Part shown: positions 1 to 9,096 of the stretch, piece after piece | Layout of the letters: the number at the start of each line of letters is the position of its first letter | Position numbering within the stretch: position 1 is the stretch's first letter | DNA from: an uncultured Acidobacteriaceae bacterium | GTDB lineage: Bacteria > Acidobacteriota > Terriglobia > Terriglobales > Acidobacteriaceae | NCBI GenBank assembly: GCA_964252445.1 | Contig: CAXUND010000002.1 | Span: forward strand, 20,803 to 84,802 | Direction: 5' to 3' | DNA length: 64,000 bases | Made by a program: the position numbers and the translations under genes | Notes under the pieces: generated by a model | The model's input: only the letters and a program-made list of their open reading frames with translations | Told to the model about the DNA's origin: nothing | The model's database searches: none

Positions 1-29
1 CTCGGCATAAGGAAGTTCCTCCGCAACGA

Positions 30-944
30 TTAGATCAGAAGCACAAGGGGCTGCCCAGCGAGGACTTTCATCCCCCCCGGAATCGGGGTGCGCTCGCGGC
101 TCAGGATCGTGACTCCGGCAGCATCGGCCCTGGCGACCACCGCCTCGCGATCAAAGATCAGCGTTCGCCCGGCCTCAATCGCAAGGCACGTCGCTCCCGC
201 GCGAGCCATCGTCTCGATGGTTGCCAGTCCAATCACGGGCACATCGAAGCGCAGGTCCTGCTTCGGCTTGGCAACCTTCACCACCGTGAGCGTTCTGTCC
301 AGAGTGGACGCTGCGCCCTCCAGACCGCGCAGCAACGCGCCGGCGCGCTCGATGGCGGCGTCGGTACCCTCCATGGCCTCGACCGCCACGCAGGCCTGGC
401 TCGCGATCACCACTGTCTGCCCGATGTCGAACCCGGCGATGGCCTCGGCCACGGTTCGCCCATACGCAACGTCGGCAAGCTCATGCTCGCTGGGCGCACG
501 CGCCGTCAACACCCCGGACGGCGCCAGCAGCGGCTGCAGATAGGCGGTCGAGGAGACGAGCTCGATCCCTTCATCGCCCAGCACCTTGGCGACAGCGCCC
601 AGCAGCATGTCTGTGTTCTTTGCCCGCAGCGACAGCAGCAGTTTGGCCAGCCGCCAGTCCGGGCGGATGCTCGAAAAGATCTGCTTGTGCCGCACCTGCC
701 CGGCCATTACCGCCCGCTTGACGCCCTCAGCGTGAAAGGTCTCGATCAGCCGCGACAACTCGCCCAGCGACATCCAGTGAACCCGGAGCCCGGGGTCATC
801 GGCCGCGCGCGCGTCCATCTCCGGGTCGGTTTCTTCGCGGATTGCCGCCACTACCACTTCAAACCCGTGTGCGCGTGCGGCGTCGAGCAGCAGAAAGGGA
901 AAGCGGCCGTTCCCGGCGATGAGCCCGAGCTTGCCGGAAATCAC
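30..944 (-). CDS. lpxI: UDP-2,3-diacylglucosamine pyrophosphatase LpxI (DUF1009 family)
   Basis: 304-aa ORF with an N-terminal LGLIAGNGRFP motif and LpxI/DUF1009-like sequence. It lies 9 nt downstream of lpxA on the same strand. GGAGGAA plus ATG at position 8 (minus strand) suggests the next operon gene runs off the window. Confidence 0.8.
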   Translation of the reverse strand: MISGKLGLIAGNGRFPFLLLDAARAHGFEVVVAAIREETDPEMDARAADDPGLRVHWMSLGELSRLIETFHAEGVKRAVMAGQVRHKQIFSSIRPDWRLAKLLLSLRAKNTDMLLGAVAKVLGDEGIELVSSTAYLQPLLAPSGVLTARAPSEHELADVAYGRTVAEAIAGFDIGQTVVIASQACVAVEAMEGTDAAIERAGALLRGLEGAASTLDRTLTVVKVAKPKQDLRFDVPVIGLATIETMARAGATCLAIEAGRTLIFDREAVVARADAAGVTILSRERTPIPGGMKVLAGQPLVLLI

Positions 945-952
945 TTAAGCGC

Positions 953-1747
953 TCACTTCAGTATTCCGCGCGCGGAGCTTTCGATGAACGCCGCGAGGTA
1001 CGCGAGATCCTCACCAAGCTCGCCCTCGGCCCGCAGTCGCTCGAGCGCCTGCGTGGTGTTGCGCTTGCCCGCCAGGAGCATGCGAAAGGCATGGTGCAGG
1101 GCCTGCATGCGTTCCTTGGAAAAGCCGCGCCGCTCAAGACCCACTTTATTGATGCCGTAGGCATGGGTCTCGCGCTTTGCCGAGGTTAGCGAAAACGGAA
1201 GCACATCCTGCGTAATTGTGGTGCCTCCGCCTACGTAAGCATGGCGGCCTATGCGGCAGTGCTGATGCACGGGGCACAATGCGCCGACGGTGGCATAGTC
1301 CTCGACATAGACATGGCCGGCCAGCGCAGCGCCGTTCGCGATGATGCAGTGGTTGCCGATCTGGCTGTCATGACCGATATGCGCGTACGCCATGATCAGG
1401 CAATGGCTGCCGAGCACGGTGGTGCCGCCACCGCCGAAGGTCCCGCGCGAGATGGTTGCGCACTCACGAATGATGTTGTCGTCGCCCAGCGTTACGCCGG
1501 TCGGCTCACCCTTGTACTTGAGGTCCTGAGGCTCGATACCGACCGCGGCAAACGAAAAAAAACGATTGCGCACGCCGGCGGTAAGGTGTCCATCGAGCAC
1601 GACGTGCGAGACCAGCTCGCACTCTTCACCCAGGACGACATCCGGGCCGATGGTGCAGAAGGGACCAACAGAGCAGGAGTCAGGCACGACCGCAGAGGGA
1701 GCGATCATCGAGGTGGGATGGATCAAGCTCTCACTTCCAGCCTTCAC
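953..1747 (-). CDS. lpxA: acyl-ACP--UDP-N-acetylglucosamine O-acyltransferase
   Basis: 264 aa with left-handed beta-helix hexapeptide repeats and a typical LpxA C-terminal helical domain. Located between fabZ and lpxI. Confidence 0.93.
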   Translation of the reverse strand: MKAGSESLIHPTSMIAPSAVVPDSCSVGPFCTIGPDVVLGEECELVSHVVLDGHLTAGVRNRFFSFAAVGIEPQDLKYKGEPTGVTLGDDNIIRECATISRGTFGGGGTTVLGSHCLIMAYAHIGHDSQIGNHCIIANGAALAGHVYVEDYATVGALCPVHQHCRIGRHAYVGGGTTITQDVLPFSLTSAKRETHAYGINKVGLERRGFSKERMQALHHAFRMLLAGKRNTTQALERLRAEGELGEDLAYLAAFIESSARGILK

Positions 1748-1769
1748 TTCCTGCTCCCACTCAAAGCCT

Positions 1770-2324
1770 TCACTCTACGTCCGCCGTCACCAGTTCCGGC
1801 ACCAGCTCATCGAGGGCCGGAGCCTCGACCGCGACAGAGGTCAACTCGTGCGAGGGCTGAGCGCGGTCTTTGAGGCCGCACGATATCGTCGCTTCACATG
1901 CCAGCAGTCCGTTGATGGTGACCCTGCCCTCGATGCGGACCGCGCGCGAACGCCACTGGAGCACCGTGCAATCGATACGAAGCTGGTCGCCGGGCACCGC
2001 CGGGCGGCGAAATTTGGCGCGCTCAATGCCGGTAAACACCATCAGCTTCTCATTGCGGTTCGCAACATCGAGTAGCACCAGCACGCCGCCGGCCTGCGCG
2101 ATCGCTTCGACGACCATGACTCCCGGCATGATTGGATAATCAGGGAAGTGGCCCTGGAAGTAAGGCTCATTCATGGTGATGTTCTTGACCGCGACGATGC
2201 GGGTTCTGCGCTCCAGCTGCAGCACCCGGTCCAGCATCAGGAAGGGATAGCGGTGCGGCAGAATCGCCATGATGTCGGTGACTTCCATCACCGGCTTGTC
2301 CAAGGGTGCGTCCACAGTTTCCAT
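1770..2324 (-). CDS. fabZ: 3-hydroxyacyl-ACP dehydratase FabZ
   Basis: ILPHRYPFLMLDRV and GHFPDYPIMPGV hot-dog motifs. The start could be the internal Met at 2288. Confidence 0.92.
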   Translation of the reverse strand: METVDAPLDKPVMEVTDIMAILPHRYPFLMLDRVLQLERRTRIVAVKNITMNEPYFQGHFPDYPIMPGVMVVEAIAQAGGVLVLLDVANRNEKLMVFTGIERAKFRRPAVPGDQLRIDCTVLQWRSRAVRIEGRVTINGLLACEATISCGLKDRAQPSHELTSVAVEAPALDELVPELVTADVE

Positions 2325-2358
2325 AGGCGTAAGCAGCGATTATAAAGCCGCACAGTGG

Positions 2359-3573
2359 TCACCGCGACTGGGCGTCCCGAGCCTTGCAGCAGGTGGAGGC
2401 AAAGCACTCGGCGTAGTCGGCGCGCGCGGCGGCGGTCGGATGCGTGTAGGTCCACCAGACAACAAAGCTGTTGGGCGACGGATCGTCAAGCCACACGCGT
2501 CCTAGCCGGTTCTCGACGCGCACGGCAGTGTCGCCGGCATTCGGCATCAGGCCGTTGGTCACGTGGAGCCCGTAGACATCCGCCTCATGCTCGAGCGCAC
2601 GCGAAAAGGCGTTGGCTGGGGGCTCGGAGAGAAAGCTGAGCGCGGTAAACAGGAGCAGCAGCAAGCCGAGCGAAGACCAGTCTTCCGGGTGCGCGATGTG
2701 CCAGGCATCGCCGCGCGAGCGTACCAGCAAGCGCAGCAGCCACGCGCCCAACGCATACCCGATGAACAACATCACGGCACCCGCGGCCATTCCCTTCCAG
2801 ATGTGATTCAGGACATAGTGACCCTGCTCGTGCCCGTAGATGCTGACGATCTCATCGGTCGGTGCCTGGGCGATGGTGGTGTCCCACACCACGATGCGCT
2901 TGGATGGGCCGAAGCCGGTCACGTAGGCGTTGAGCCCGTTGGTGCGCGTGCTCGCGTCCATCACAAACATGCGGTCCGGAGGGATGGCGAGGCCGGAGCG
3001 CGCCACCACCCGCTCGAGTTGCGCGACCAGCGCGGAGTCCTTCCGCTCGAGCGGCGTGAATTGGTTGAAGATGGGATCGATCACCACTGGCTCCACGTAG
3101 ACGGCGAAGACCATGCAGGGAAGCGAGAGCAGCCAGAACCATACCCACCAGGCGCGTCCGCGGTGGCGCAAGAGGGCGTAGAGAGTGCTCAGCGCGGCTG
3201 TGCCTACAGAAATGGTGAGCGCGAGTGCCTGCGCCCAGTCCGTCCACCAGCGCGACCACGCTTCGGTCGAGATGCCGTAGGCCAGGGAGACGTGGTGGCC
3301 TGCGAGCTCAACCGGCAGCGCGATCAGCGCCAGAACCAGGAGCCACAATGGGGCGACGACCAATCCCTGCAGCCAGTGTTTCGTAAACACGCTGGAGGCG
3401 AGCCCGGCGATCCGCTCGCCGAGGCGCGCCCGGGTGAGCAGGAACAGCAGAAGCAGCGTCCAGGCGACGCCGCCAAAGTGCAGAGCCGTTCGAAGGTGTT
3501 CAAGCGCCTGCGCCTTCCGAAGCAGATCAGGTGGGAGCGAGTACGCGCTGGCTGTGAACAGAAGAGCGCTCAT
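2359..3573 (-). CDS. M48 family (Ste24-like) membrane zinc metallopeptidase
   Basis: 404 aa with multiple N-terminal TM segments and the HEQGH (HExxH) zinc motif in YGHEQGHYVLNH. Confidence 0.8.
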   Translation of the reverse strand: MSALLFTASAYSLPPDLLRKAQALEHLRTALHFGGVAWTLLLLFLLTRARLGERIAGLASSVFTKHWLQGLVVAPLWLLVLALIALPVELAGHHVSLAYGISTEAWSRWWTDWAQALALTISVGTAALSTLYALLRHRGRAWWVWFWLLSLPCMVFAVYVEPVVIDPIFNQFTPLERKDSALVAQLERVVARSGLAIPPDRMFVMDASTRTNGLNAYVTGFGPSKRIVVWDTTIAQAPTDEIVSIYGHEQGHYVLNHIWKGMAAGAVMLFIGYALGAWLLRLLVRSRGDAWHIAHPEDWSSLGLLLLLFTALSFLSEPPANAFSRALEHEADVYGLHVTNGLMPNAGDTAVRVENRLGRVWLDDPSPNSFVVWWTYTHPTAAARADYAECFASTCCKARDAQSR

Positions 3574-3610
3574 CCATCCTCAGGGTACATGCCGTGGGCC
3601 GGCCGGAAAG

Positions 3611-4426
3611 CTAATCGATCCGCGTCAGGTAGGCGTGTCCCTCCTCGGGCTCCACGTCCCGCGCGATCTCGATCGCTTTCGCCTTGTCGTCCTGCGCTGG
3701 ACGAATGCGCACCCAGTGGCCCGTAGGTCCGGTGAATTCGATCACGTTCGCCGTCTGGTATCTGCGCTGCAGTCGCTCTTCAAGCTTCAGCGCCTTGGCT
3801 TCATGCGCGAAGGCGCCGATCTGCACGCACCAGCGGCCGCCCTCATCGATCGGCCGCGGCGCCTCGAAGACCTCGATCCGGACCTGCGCTGTGCCCGGGC
3901 GCCATACCCCGATCGCCTTCGACGCGGCGACCGATAAATCGAGCACGCGGCCCGGCACGAAAGGCCCACGGTCGGTCACCCGCAGCACCGCAGCCTGGCC
4001 CGTGGCTATATTGGTCACCCGCAGCAGGGAACCCATGGGTAGTGTGCGGTGCGCTGCCGAAAGCATGTTCTCATCGAAGATCTCGCCATTGGCTCCCCGC
4101 CGCCGGTTATAGGGTGGGCCGTACCAGCTGGCGACGCCAACCTCTGTATAGATCGCCGCATGACCGGCGACGTAACGCTCGTCTTCCGGAGAAGCAGACG
4201 CAACCGGTGCGGCCTGCATCGGCGAGGTGGCTGGTGAAGGCGCGTGCGGAGCCTCCGCCCGGGGAGCCGGTGCCGTAGACTGCGCGATGACGGGCGGTGC
4301 GATAGGCGGCGGTGGAGCATACGCGACCTGGGCGTGCTGCGTGCAGCCGGCCAGCAGGACCAGCGGTGCGGAGAACAGTGCTCCCGCCCGCTGCCACCAT
4401 CTTCGAGGTGCAAACGGCTTCCACAT
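3611..4426 (-). CDS. rlpA: septal ring lytic transglycosylase RlpA family lipoprotein with C-terminal SPOR domain
   Basis: DPBB core (ASWYGPPYNRRRGANGEIFDENMLSAAHRTLPMGS..VTDRGPF) and a SPOR-like C-terminus. The start is reassigned to the ATG at 4426, preceded by AGGGAGG. This gives the lipoprotein signal MWKPF..LLAGC. The 407-aa ORF extension to 4834 is rejected. Confidence 0.8.
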   Translation of the reverse strand: MWKPFAPRRWWQRAGALFSAPLVLLAGCTQHAQVAYAPPPPIAPPVIAQSTAPAPRAEAPHAPSPATSPMQAAPVASASPEDERYVAGHAAIYTEVGVASWYGPPYNRRRGANGEIFDENMLSAAHRTLPMGSLLRVTNIATGQAAVLRVTDRGPFVPGRVLDLSVAASKAIGVWRPGTAQVRIEVFEAPRPIDEGGRWCVQIGAFAHEAKALKLEERLQRRYQTANVIEFTGPTGHWVRIRPAQDDKAKAIEIARDVEPEEGHAYLTRID

Positions 4427-4621
4427 GACCGGTCCTCCCTTAGCTTCAGACAAGCTCCAGCGCCTCGCACACTTATGCAGTAGACGGCGGTGCGAAGGAA
4501 GAATCAACGCGGGGGCCGAACAATAACCAGGAAAGGTGCCGAGGGCATTACCATCGCTACTCTGCCGATTCGGCATCGTCGTTCTTCCTGCTGCATCCTT
4601 AGAATGACCGCCGGTTCGAGG

Positions 4622-5389
4622 ATGACCGCAGGTTTGGAGGAGGGCCGTTTGACGAGGAGATTCTCGCTGCTGCGCAACACTCCGACAGTTCTCCTGCTTG
4701 CCGGCCTGGCTGTCAGCCCTGCTCCTGTACGCGGCCAGCAGCCGTTGCCCGATGCGCCAAGCATCAACGCACCGGCCACCGTTCCTGTACCCGCCACGCG
4801 ACCGAATACCCCGGAAGGCGTGGCGCGCCGCCAATGGTCAGGGATCGTCGAGCCCGGTGAGATCATTCCTCCGCTCGACGCCGAAGACAAGCTGCTTTTC
4901 CCCCTGCATGAAGAAGTTCGACCGATCGCCATCGTGCCCATCCTGATCTCCGGCTTCGACGGCGCCTGGCGCAACACTGATCCGCGCTACGGAACCAATA
5001 CCGCCGGCATCGGCGAGCGCATGGGGGCTGCCGCCCTGCGCCAGGCCAGTATCCGGGTCTTGTCAGATGGCCTGCTTCCGGCTGTCTTCCGTGAGGATCC
5101 CCGATATTACCGGAGGGGCATCGGGTCGGTCAGCGCGCGCTCGCTGTACGCCGTCAGCCGTGTGTTTGTGACCCAGCGCGACTCCGGGAAACGGGGTTTC
5201 GATTTCTCCAACAGCCTGGGACGCGGCATGGCGGCAGCCCTCACCCAGACCTACTATCCTGAGACCAGCATGACCAAGCGAGTGGTCTTCCAGACCTGGA
5301 GCATCTCACTCGGCGGCCTTGGCGGCATTTACGTGTTCGACGAATTTCTTCCGGACCTGAAGCAGAGTCTCCTTCACCACCCGAAGTAG
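4622..5389 (+). CDS. secreted hypothetical protein (paralog A of tandem pair, EDPRYYRRG motif)
   Basis: ORF 4490..5389 with a signal-peptide-like segment RRFSLLRNTPTVLLLAGLAVSPAPVRG. The start is ambiguous: ATG 4604, ATG 4622, or TTG 4649 preceded by GGAGGAGGG. Homologous to the next gene. Confidence 0.55.
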   Translation: MTAGLEEGRLTRRFSLLRNTPTVLLLAGLAVSPAPVRGQQPLPDAPSINAPATVPVPATRPNTPEGVARRQWSGIVEPGEIIPPLDAEDKLLFPLHEEVRPIAIVPILISGFDGAWRNTDPRYGTNTAGIGERMGAAALRQASIRVLSDGLLPAVFREDPRYYRRGIGSVSARSLYAVSRVFVTQRDSGKRGFDFSNSLGRGMAAALTQTYYPETSMTKRVVFQTWSISLGGLGGIYVFDEFLPDLKQSLLHHPK

Positions 5390-5508
5390 AGCAGGCCCTG
5401 TGTGACTGCGGATGGCCCGGCCGCAACCAGGCACTCACTTCGCGCGTCTTCTGAGGAGCGGCGTTCCGCATCCCGAGGAGCCACTCGATTCAATCCTCTA
5501 GACCACTT

Positions 5509-6480
5509 GTGGTGACTGCGGTCACAGTCGCGCTCGCGTGTGCCGCCTCGGCGGCTTCGGCCCAGCAAACTCCGCCCGCAGCTGAGGCAGAGCCGTCTTC
5601 TTTCCCCGTCTCTGAGCTGCCCGAGGCCCCCTTGCCGCAACAGCCTGCCGGCTCGTCGCCGTGTGTGTTGCTCGCGTTGCTGGTACCACCGGCCGGCCTC
5701 TTTTCCGATCTGCAGAACACCTTCCCGCCGGCAGCCCCTCCGGCGACTGCTCCCGCCGCCCGGCGCGACCTGTCCTCGGCCGAGCGCGCCTCCACATTCA
5801 CTGCAGCGCAGCCTGTCTGTGGCAGCGAGCAGTGCACCCCGGCCGAGGCAGACATGAGCTGCACTCCCTACACGAATTTGTTCCTGGAGACGCTGCACGC
5901 CCAGGTGCACCCGCCGCTCACCGCCGGAGACAAGGCTCGTCTGGCCGTGCGTGGTGTCCTCGATCCCTTCAACCTGCTGACTATCGCCGGCACCTCAGCG
6001 ATCTCGATCGCCTCCAACGCGGACAGCGCCTATGGCCCCGGCCTGATGGGCTGGGGCAAGCTCACCGGTATCACACTCACTGAAGACATCACAGGTGAGT
6101 TCTTCGGGACCTTTCTGATTCCGTCGATCGCGCACCAGGACCCGCACTATCACCGTATGCCCAATGTACCGCTGAAGCGGCGCATCGAGCACTGCATCTA
6201 CCAGGTGGTCTGGTCCCAGGGTGACAACGGACGAGGCATCTTCAACTACGCGACCGTGGTCGGGACCGCCGCGTCCGAATCGATCAACAACCTGTACGTG
6301 CCCTATCGACAGCGCAACCTGGCTGCCGGCGCCGAGCGCTACTGGACCGCGCTCGCGACGGACCCGATCGGCAACTTCATCACCGAATTCGTGCCTGATC
6401 TCGCGCAGCGCTTCAATGTGCGCATCGTGCTGCTGCAGCGCATCGTAAACCGCGTCGCCCTCGAGGAAGGCGGCGGCTAA
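5509..6480 (+). CDS. secreted hypothetical protein (paralog B of tandem pair, QDPHYHRMP motif)
   Basis: 323 aa with a GTG start and an N-terminal hydrophobic segment ending ASAQQ. Its C-terminal half aligns by eye with paralog A. Confidence 0.6.
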   Translation: MVTAVTVALACAASAASAQQTPPAAEAEPSSFPVSELPEAPLPQQPAGSSPCVLLALLVPPAGLFSDLQNTFPPAAPPATAPAARRDLSSAERASTFTAAQPVCGSEQCTPAEADMSCTPYTNLFLETLHAQVHPPLTAGDKARLAVRGVLDPFNLLTIAGTSAISIASNADSAYGPGLMGWGKLTGITLTEDITGEFFGTFLIPSIAHQDPHYHRMPNVPLKRRIEHCIYQVVWSQGDNGRGIFNYATVVGTAASESINNLYVPYRQRNLAAGAERYWTALATDPIGNFITEFVPDLAQRFNVRIVLLQRIVNRVALEEGGG

Positions 6481-6863
6481 GCCGATGCGGTTTCGACCGC
6501 TCGGGCCGGAAGTTCGCTGACGCTCGTGTAGACAGCAAGCCCGCGCTCTCGCGCCAGACGCACATCCTGGTCCGCTCCCTTGGACGCGCCCTCGATCCGG
6601 AGCACCGCATCGCAGCGCTCGAGTAGACGGCTCGCTACCGGGTAAAGGTACTGGGCCGCGATCGGGTCATGGAGCGAGGTAGAGCCGGCCTGGCGCATGA
6701 GCGGCAGCGCCACCCACTCACCGATCATCGGGATGTGCCCGGCGCCGTACACCGCCTGGGCGCAGGCCTCGAGGCGGTCGAGATTCTTCTGGATGAGTTC
6801 GGGATCGTCGTTGGTGCCGGAGCGGTAGGGACCGGCAACCAGTACGAGCAGTGGCTTTGTCAT
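6477..6863 (-). CDS. DUF4406 / nucleoside 2-deoxyribosyltransferase-like small protein (tentative)
   Basis: The start is reassigned to the ATG at 6863 (MTKPLLVLVAGPYRSG..). The Rossmann-like VLVAGPY N-terminus and overall size resemble the DUF4406 family. The family call is tentative. Confidence 0.45.
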   Translation of the reverse strand: MTKPLLVLVAGPYRSGTNDDPELIQKNLDRLEACAQAVYGAGHIPMIGEWVALPLMRQAGSTSLHDPIAAQYLYPVASRLLERCDAVLRIEGASKGADQDVRLARERGLAVYTSVSELPARAVETASA

Positions 6864-6888
6864 GGTGATAACTCCAGCCCTGAACATA

Positions 6889-6901
6889 GCACGATTCGTG
6901 C
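6889..6901. promoter_or_regulatory. palindrome GCACGA-T-TCGTGC in the DeoR/DUF4406 divergent intergenic region
   Basis: Perfect 6-bp arms, plus an overlapping CACGAT-N9-ATCGTG (6890-6910). An operator role is only a guess. Confidence 0.25.
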
Positions 6902-6958
6902 AGTATCGTGTAAAAAAATGCAGGCTCACGCATGATTCGAACCTGCGATGATGAACGG

Positions 6959-7717
6959 ATGCTCACCCGTCAACGCAAGCAGCTGATCCAGGAGCAGCTC
7001 AGAAAGAGCGGCGAGATCGTCGCGAAGGACCTGAGCCGGCAGCTCGGCGTCTCTGAGGACACCATTCGACGCGACCTGCGTGAGTTGGCCGCCGAAGGCC
7101 TGCTGCAGCGTGTGCACGGCGGGGCGCTCCCGGCTTCGCCTGCAGTCGGCAACTTTGACGCAAGGCTACTTGTGGCGACGGCGGAGAAGGTCGCGATCGG
7201 CCGCGCTGCCGCGGCGATGATTGAGGACAGGCAGGTGGTCATCCTGGATGGGGGCACAACCGCAGTACAGATCGCGGGGCATCTTCCGGCGGCGCTGCGG
7301 GCGACCGTGGTGACGCACAGCCCGACGGTCGCGCTTGAGCTCGTTAACCACGCGACGGTCGAGGTGATCCTGATCGGCGGCCGCATCTTCAAGCACTCTG
7401 TCGTCGCGGTAGGCGCTCCAGCTATTGAGGCGATCGGCAGGGTGCGGGCAGACACGTACTTTATGGGCGTCACCGGGATCCACGTGCAGACCGGGCTGAC
7501 GACCGGAGACTTCGAAGAGGCGCATGTGAAGCGGGCGCTGAGCGCGGCCGCGGCGGAGACGGTTGTCCTAGGATCACCCGAGAAGCTGAATGCGGCCTCG
7601 TCCTACGTGATTGCGCCGCTGAGCGAGGCGAGTGGTCTGATTGTTGCGGACAGCACGCCGGAGGATGTGGTCGCTGCGTTTACTGCGGCCGGACTCGTTG
7701 TGACCCGGGCGCGCTGA
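6959..7717 (+). CDS. DeoR/GlpR family transcriptional regulator
   Basis: N-terminal HTH (LSRQLGVSEDTIRRDLRELAAEGLLQRVHGGA) followed by a DeoR C-terminal sugar-binding-like domain. The start is taken at MLTRQRK. Confidence 0.85.
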   Translation: MLTRQRKQLIQEQLRKSGEIVAKDLSRQLGVSEDTIRRDLRELAAEGLLQRVHGGALPASPAVGNFDARLLVATAEKVAIGRAAAAMIEDRQVVILDGGTTAVQIAGHLPAALRATVVTHSPTVALELVNHATVEVILIGGRIFKHSVVAVGAPAIEAIGRVRADTYFMGVTGIHVQTGLTTGDFEEAHVKRALSAAAAETVVLGSPEKLNAASSYVIAPLSEASGLIVADSTPEDVVAAFTAAGLVVTRAR

Positions 7718-7759
7718 CCCGGCCCCGTGAAGCTATGTGGAGCCCGTTAGAATGGGCAG

Positions 7760-8587
7760 ATGTCTCCGGCAGCATTCGCGAACGCCGGCTTGTGGATGCC
7801 CACGCTTGACCTCGGCCCGGGAACGCTGCTGCTCTGTTTCGCGTCGCTCGTGGCCGGCCTCTTGAACGCCGTTGCCGGCGGAGGATCGTTTCTCTCGTTC
7901 CCGGCGCTGCTGGGTCTTGGGGTGCTGCCCATCCAGGCTAACGCCACCAATACGGTCGCGCTGTGGCCCGGGCAGTTCACGTCCATCGCCGCCTACTGGC
8001 AGGACCTGAAGCACAATCAGCACCTGGTGCTGCCGCTCGCGATCGCGGCCCTGATCGGCGGCGCAGCAGGCGGGCTGGTTCTGCTGCACACGCCGCAAGG
8101 AGCATTCCTCAGCCTGGTGCCGTGGCTCCTGCTGGGAGCGGCAACCATGTTTCTTGCGAGCGGTCCTGTCTCCAGGTGGCTGCAGGCGCGTACCCGCGGA
8201 CATAAGGCCTCCGAGAGCCGTCCATCTCTGCTGCCGCTCTGTATCAGCGTCCTGGTGGTCACCATATACATCGGCTACTTCGGCGCAGGAGCAGGCTTCC
8301 TGATCATCTCTGTGCTGGCGCTGTTCGGGGTCGAGAACATTAACCAGATCAACGCGCTCAAAGTGGTGACCACCACTTGCGCGAACGGCATCGCGGTGCT
8401 GGTGTTTATCGCCAACCGGCAGGTGCTGTGGCAGCACTGCCTGCTGATGATGGTCACCGGGGCCTGCGGCGGCTATCTCGGCGGCCGCTACGCACGCCTG
8501 ATCGACGCGCGCCTGATGCGCGCCGCGGTCGTGGCTCTGGGCTACGGTATGGCGGCCTACTTCTTCTGGCGGAACGCTCGCTCCTGA
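7760..8587 (+). CDS. sulfite exporter TauE/SafE family membrane protein
   Basis: 275 aa polytopic membrane protein with LLNAVAGGGSFLSFPALL and an internal duplicated repeat typical of DUF81/TauE. Confidence 0.85.
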   Translation: MSPAAFANAGLWMPTLDLGPGTLLLCFASLVAGLLNAVAGGGSFLSFPALLGLGVLPIQANATNTVALWPGQFTSIAAYWQDLKHNQHLVLPLAIAALIGGAAGGLVLLHTPQGAFLSLVPWLLLGAATMFLASGPVSRWLQARTRGHKASESRPSLLPLCISVLVVTIYIGYFGAGAGFLIISVLALFGVENINQINALKVVTTTCANGIAVLVFIANRQVLWQHCLLMMVTGACGGYLGGRYARLIDARLMRAAVVALGYGMAAYFFWRNARS

Positions 8588-8643
8588 GCACCCATAAAAC
8601 GTTTCGAGCGGACCGCTGTTACCCTTTTCAGAAGGAGTGGGTG

Positions 8644-9096
8644 ATGAGTCACGAAGGCATCCGGTTCCTCGACGAGACGCAGCTGGCCGAAGAAGCCCGG
8701 CGAGCCCGACGCGCGGCGCGGGTGCTGCCGCCGGGAGCCACCCAGCCGGCGAAAGTGCGTGTCGATAAGACTGCGGGTGCCGGCATGGAGATCGACTGGA
8801 AAGATGGGCACCGCAGCGCCTGGACCTTCGGCTGGCTGCGGCTCGCCTGCCCCTGCGCCACCTGCCACGAGGAGCGCGACGCGGATGGCCGCGAGCCGGG
8901 AGTAGCGAAACCCGCATCGGCGAACCTGCTGCCGCTCTACAAGGCGCCACCGCGCCCGACCGCCGTGGTTCCCACGGGCAATTATGCCGTTCGCTTTGAC
9001 TGGAATGATGGTCACACCAGCGGCATCTACTCCTGGGACTATCTGCGCAGGCACTGCGAGTGTGCGGAGTGCATTGAAACCGGGTTAGAGCGATGA
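8644..9096 (+). CDS. DUF971 domain protein (gamma-butyrobetaine hydroxylase N-terminal-like, Cys-rich)
   Basis: ATG at 8644 preceded by AAGGAG. Two DUF971-like halves are present (IDWKDGHRSAWTFGWLRLACPCATC and FDWNDGHTSGIYSWDYLRRHCECAEC). Confidence 0.75.
   Translation: MSHEGIRFLDETQLAEEARRARRAARVLPPGATQPAKVRVDKTAGAGMEIDWKDGHRSAWTFGWLRLACPCATCHEERDADGREPGVAKPASANLLPLYKAPPRPTAVVPTGNYAVRFDWNDGHTSGIYSWDYLRRHCECAECIETGLER

Noticed and set aside
3611-4834. Full 407-aa version of the RlpA ORF
   Set aside because: The first 136 residues are Arg/Gly-rich with no signal peptide. The internal ATG at 4426 has a strong RBS and yields a lipoprotein signal sequence.
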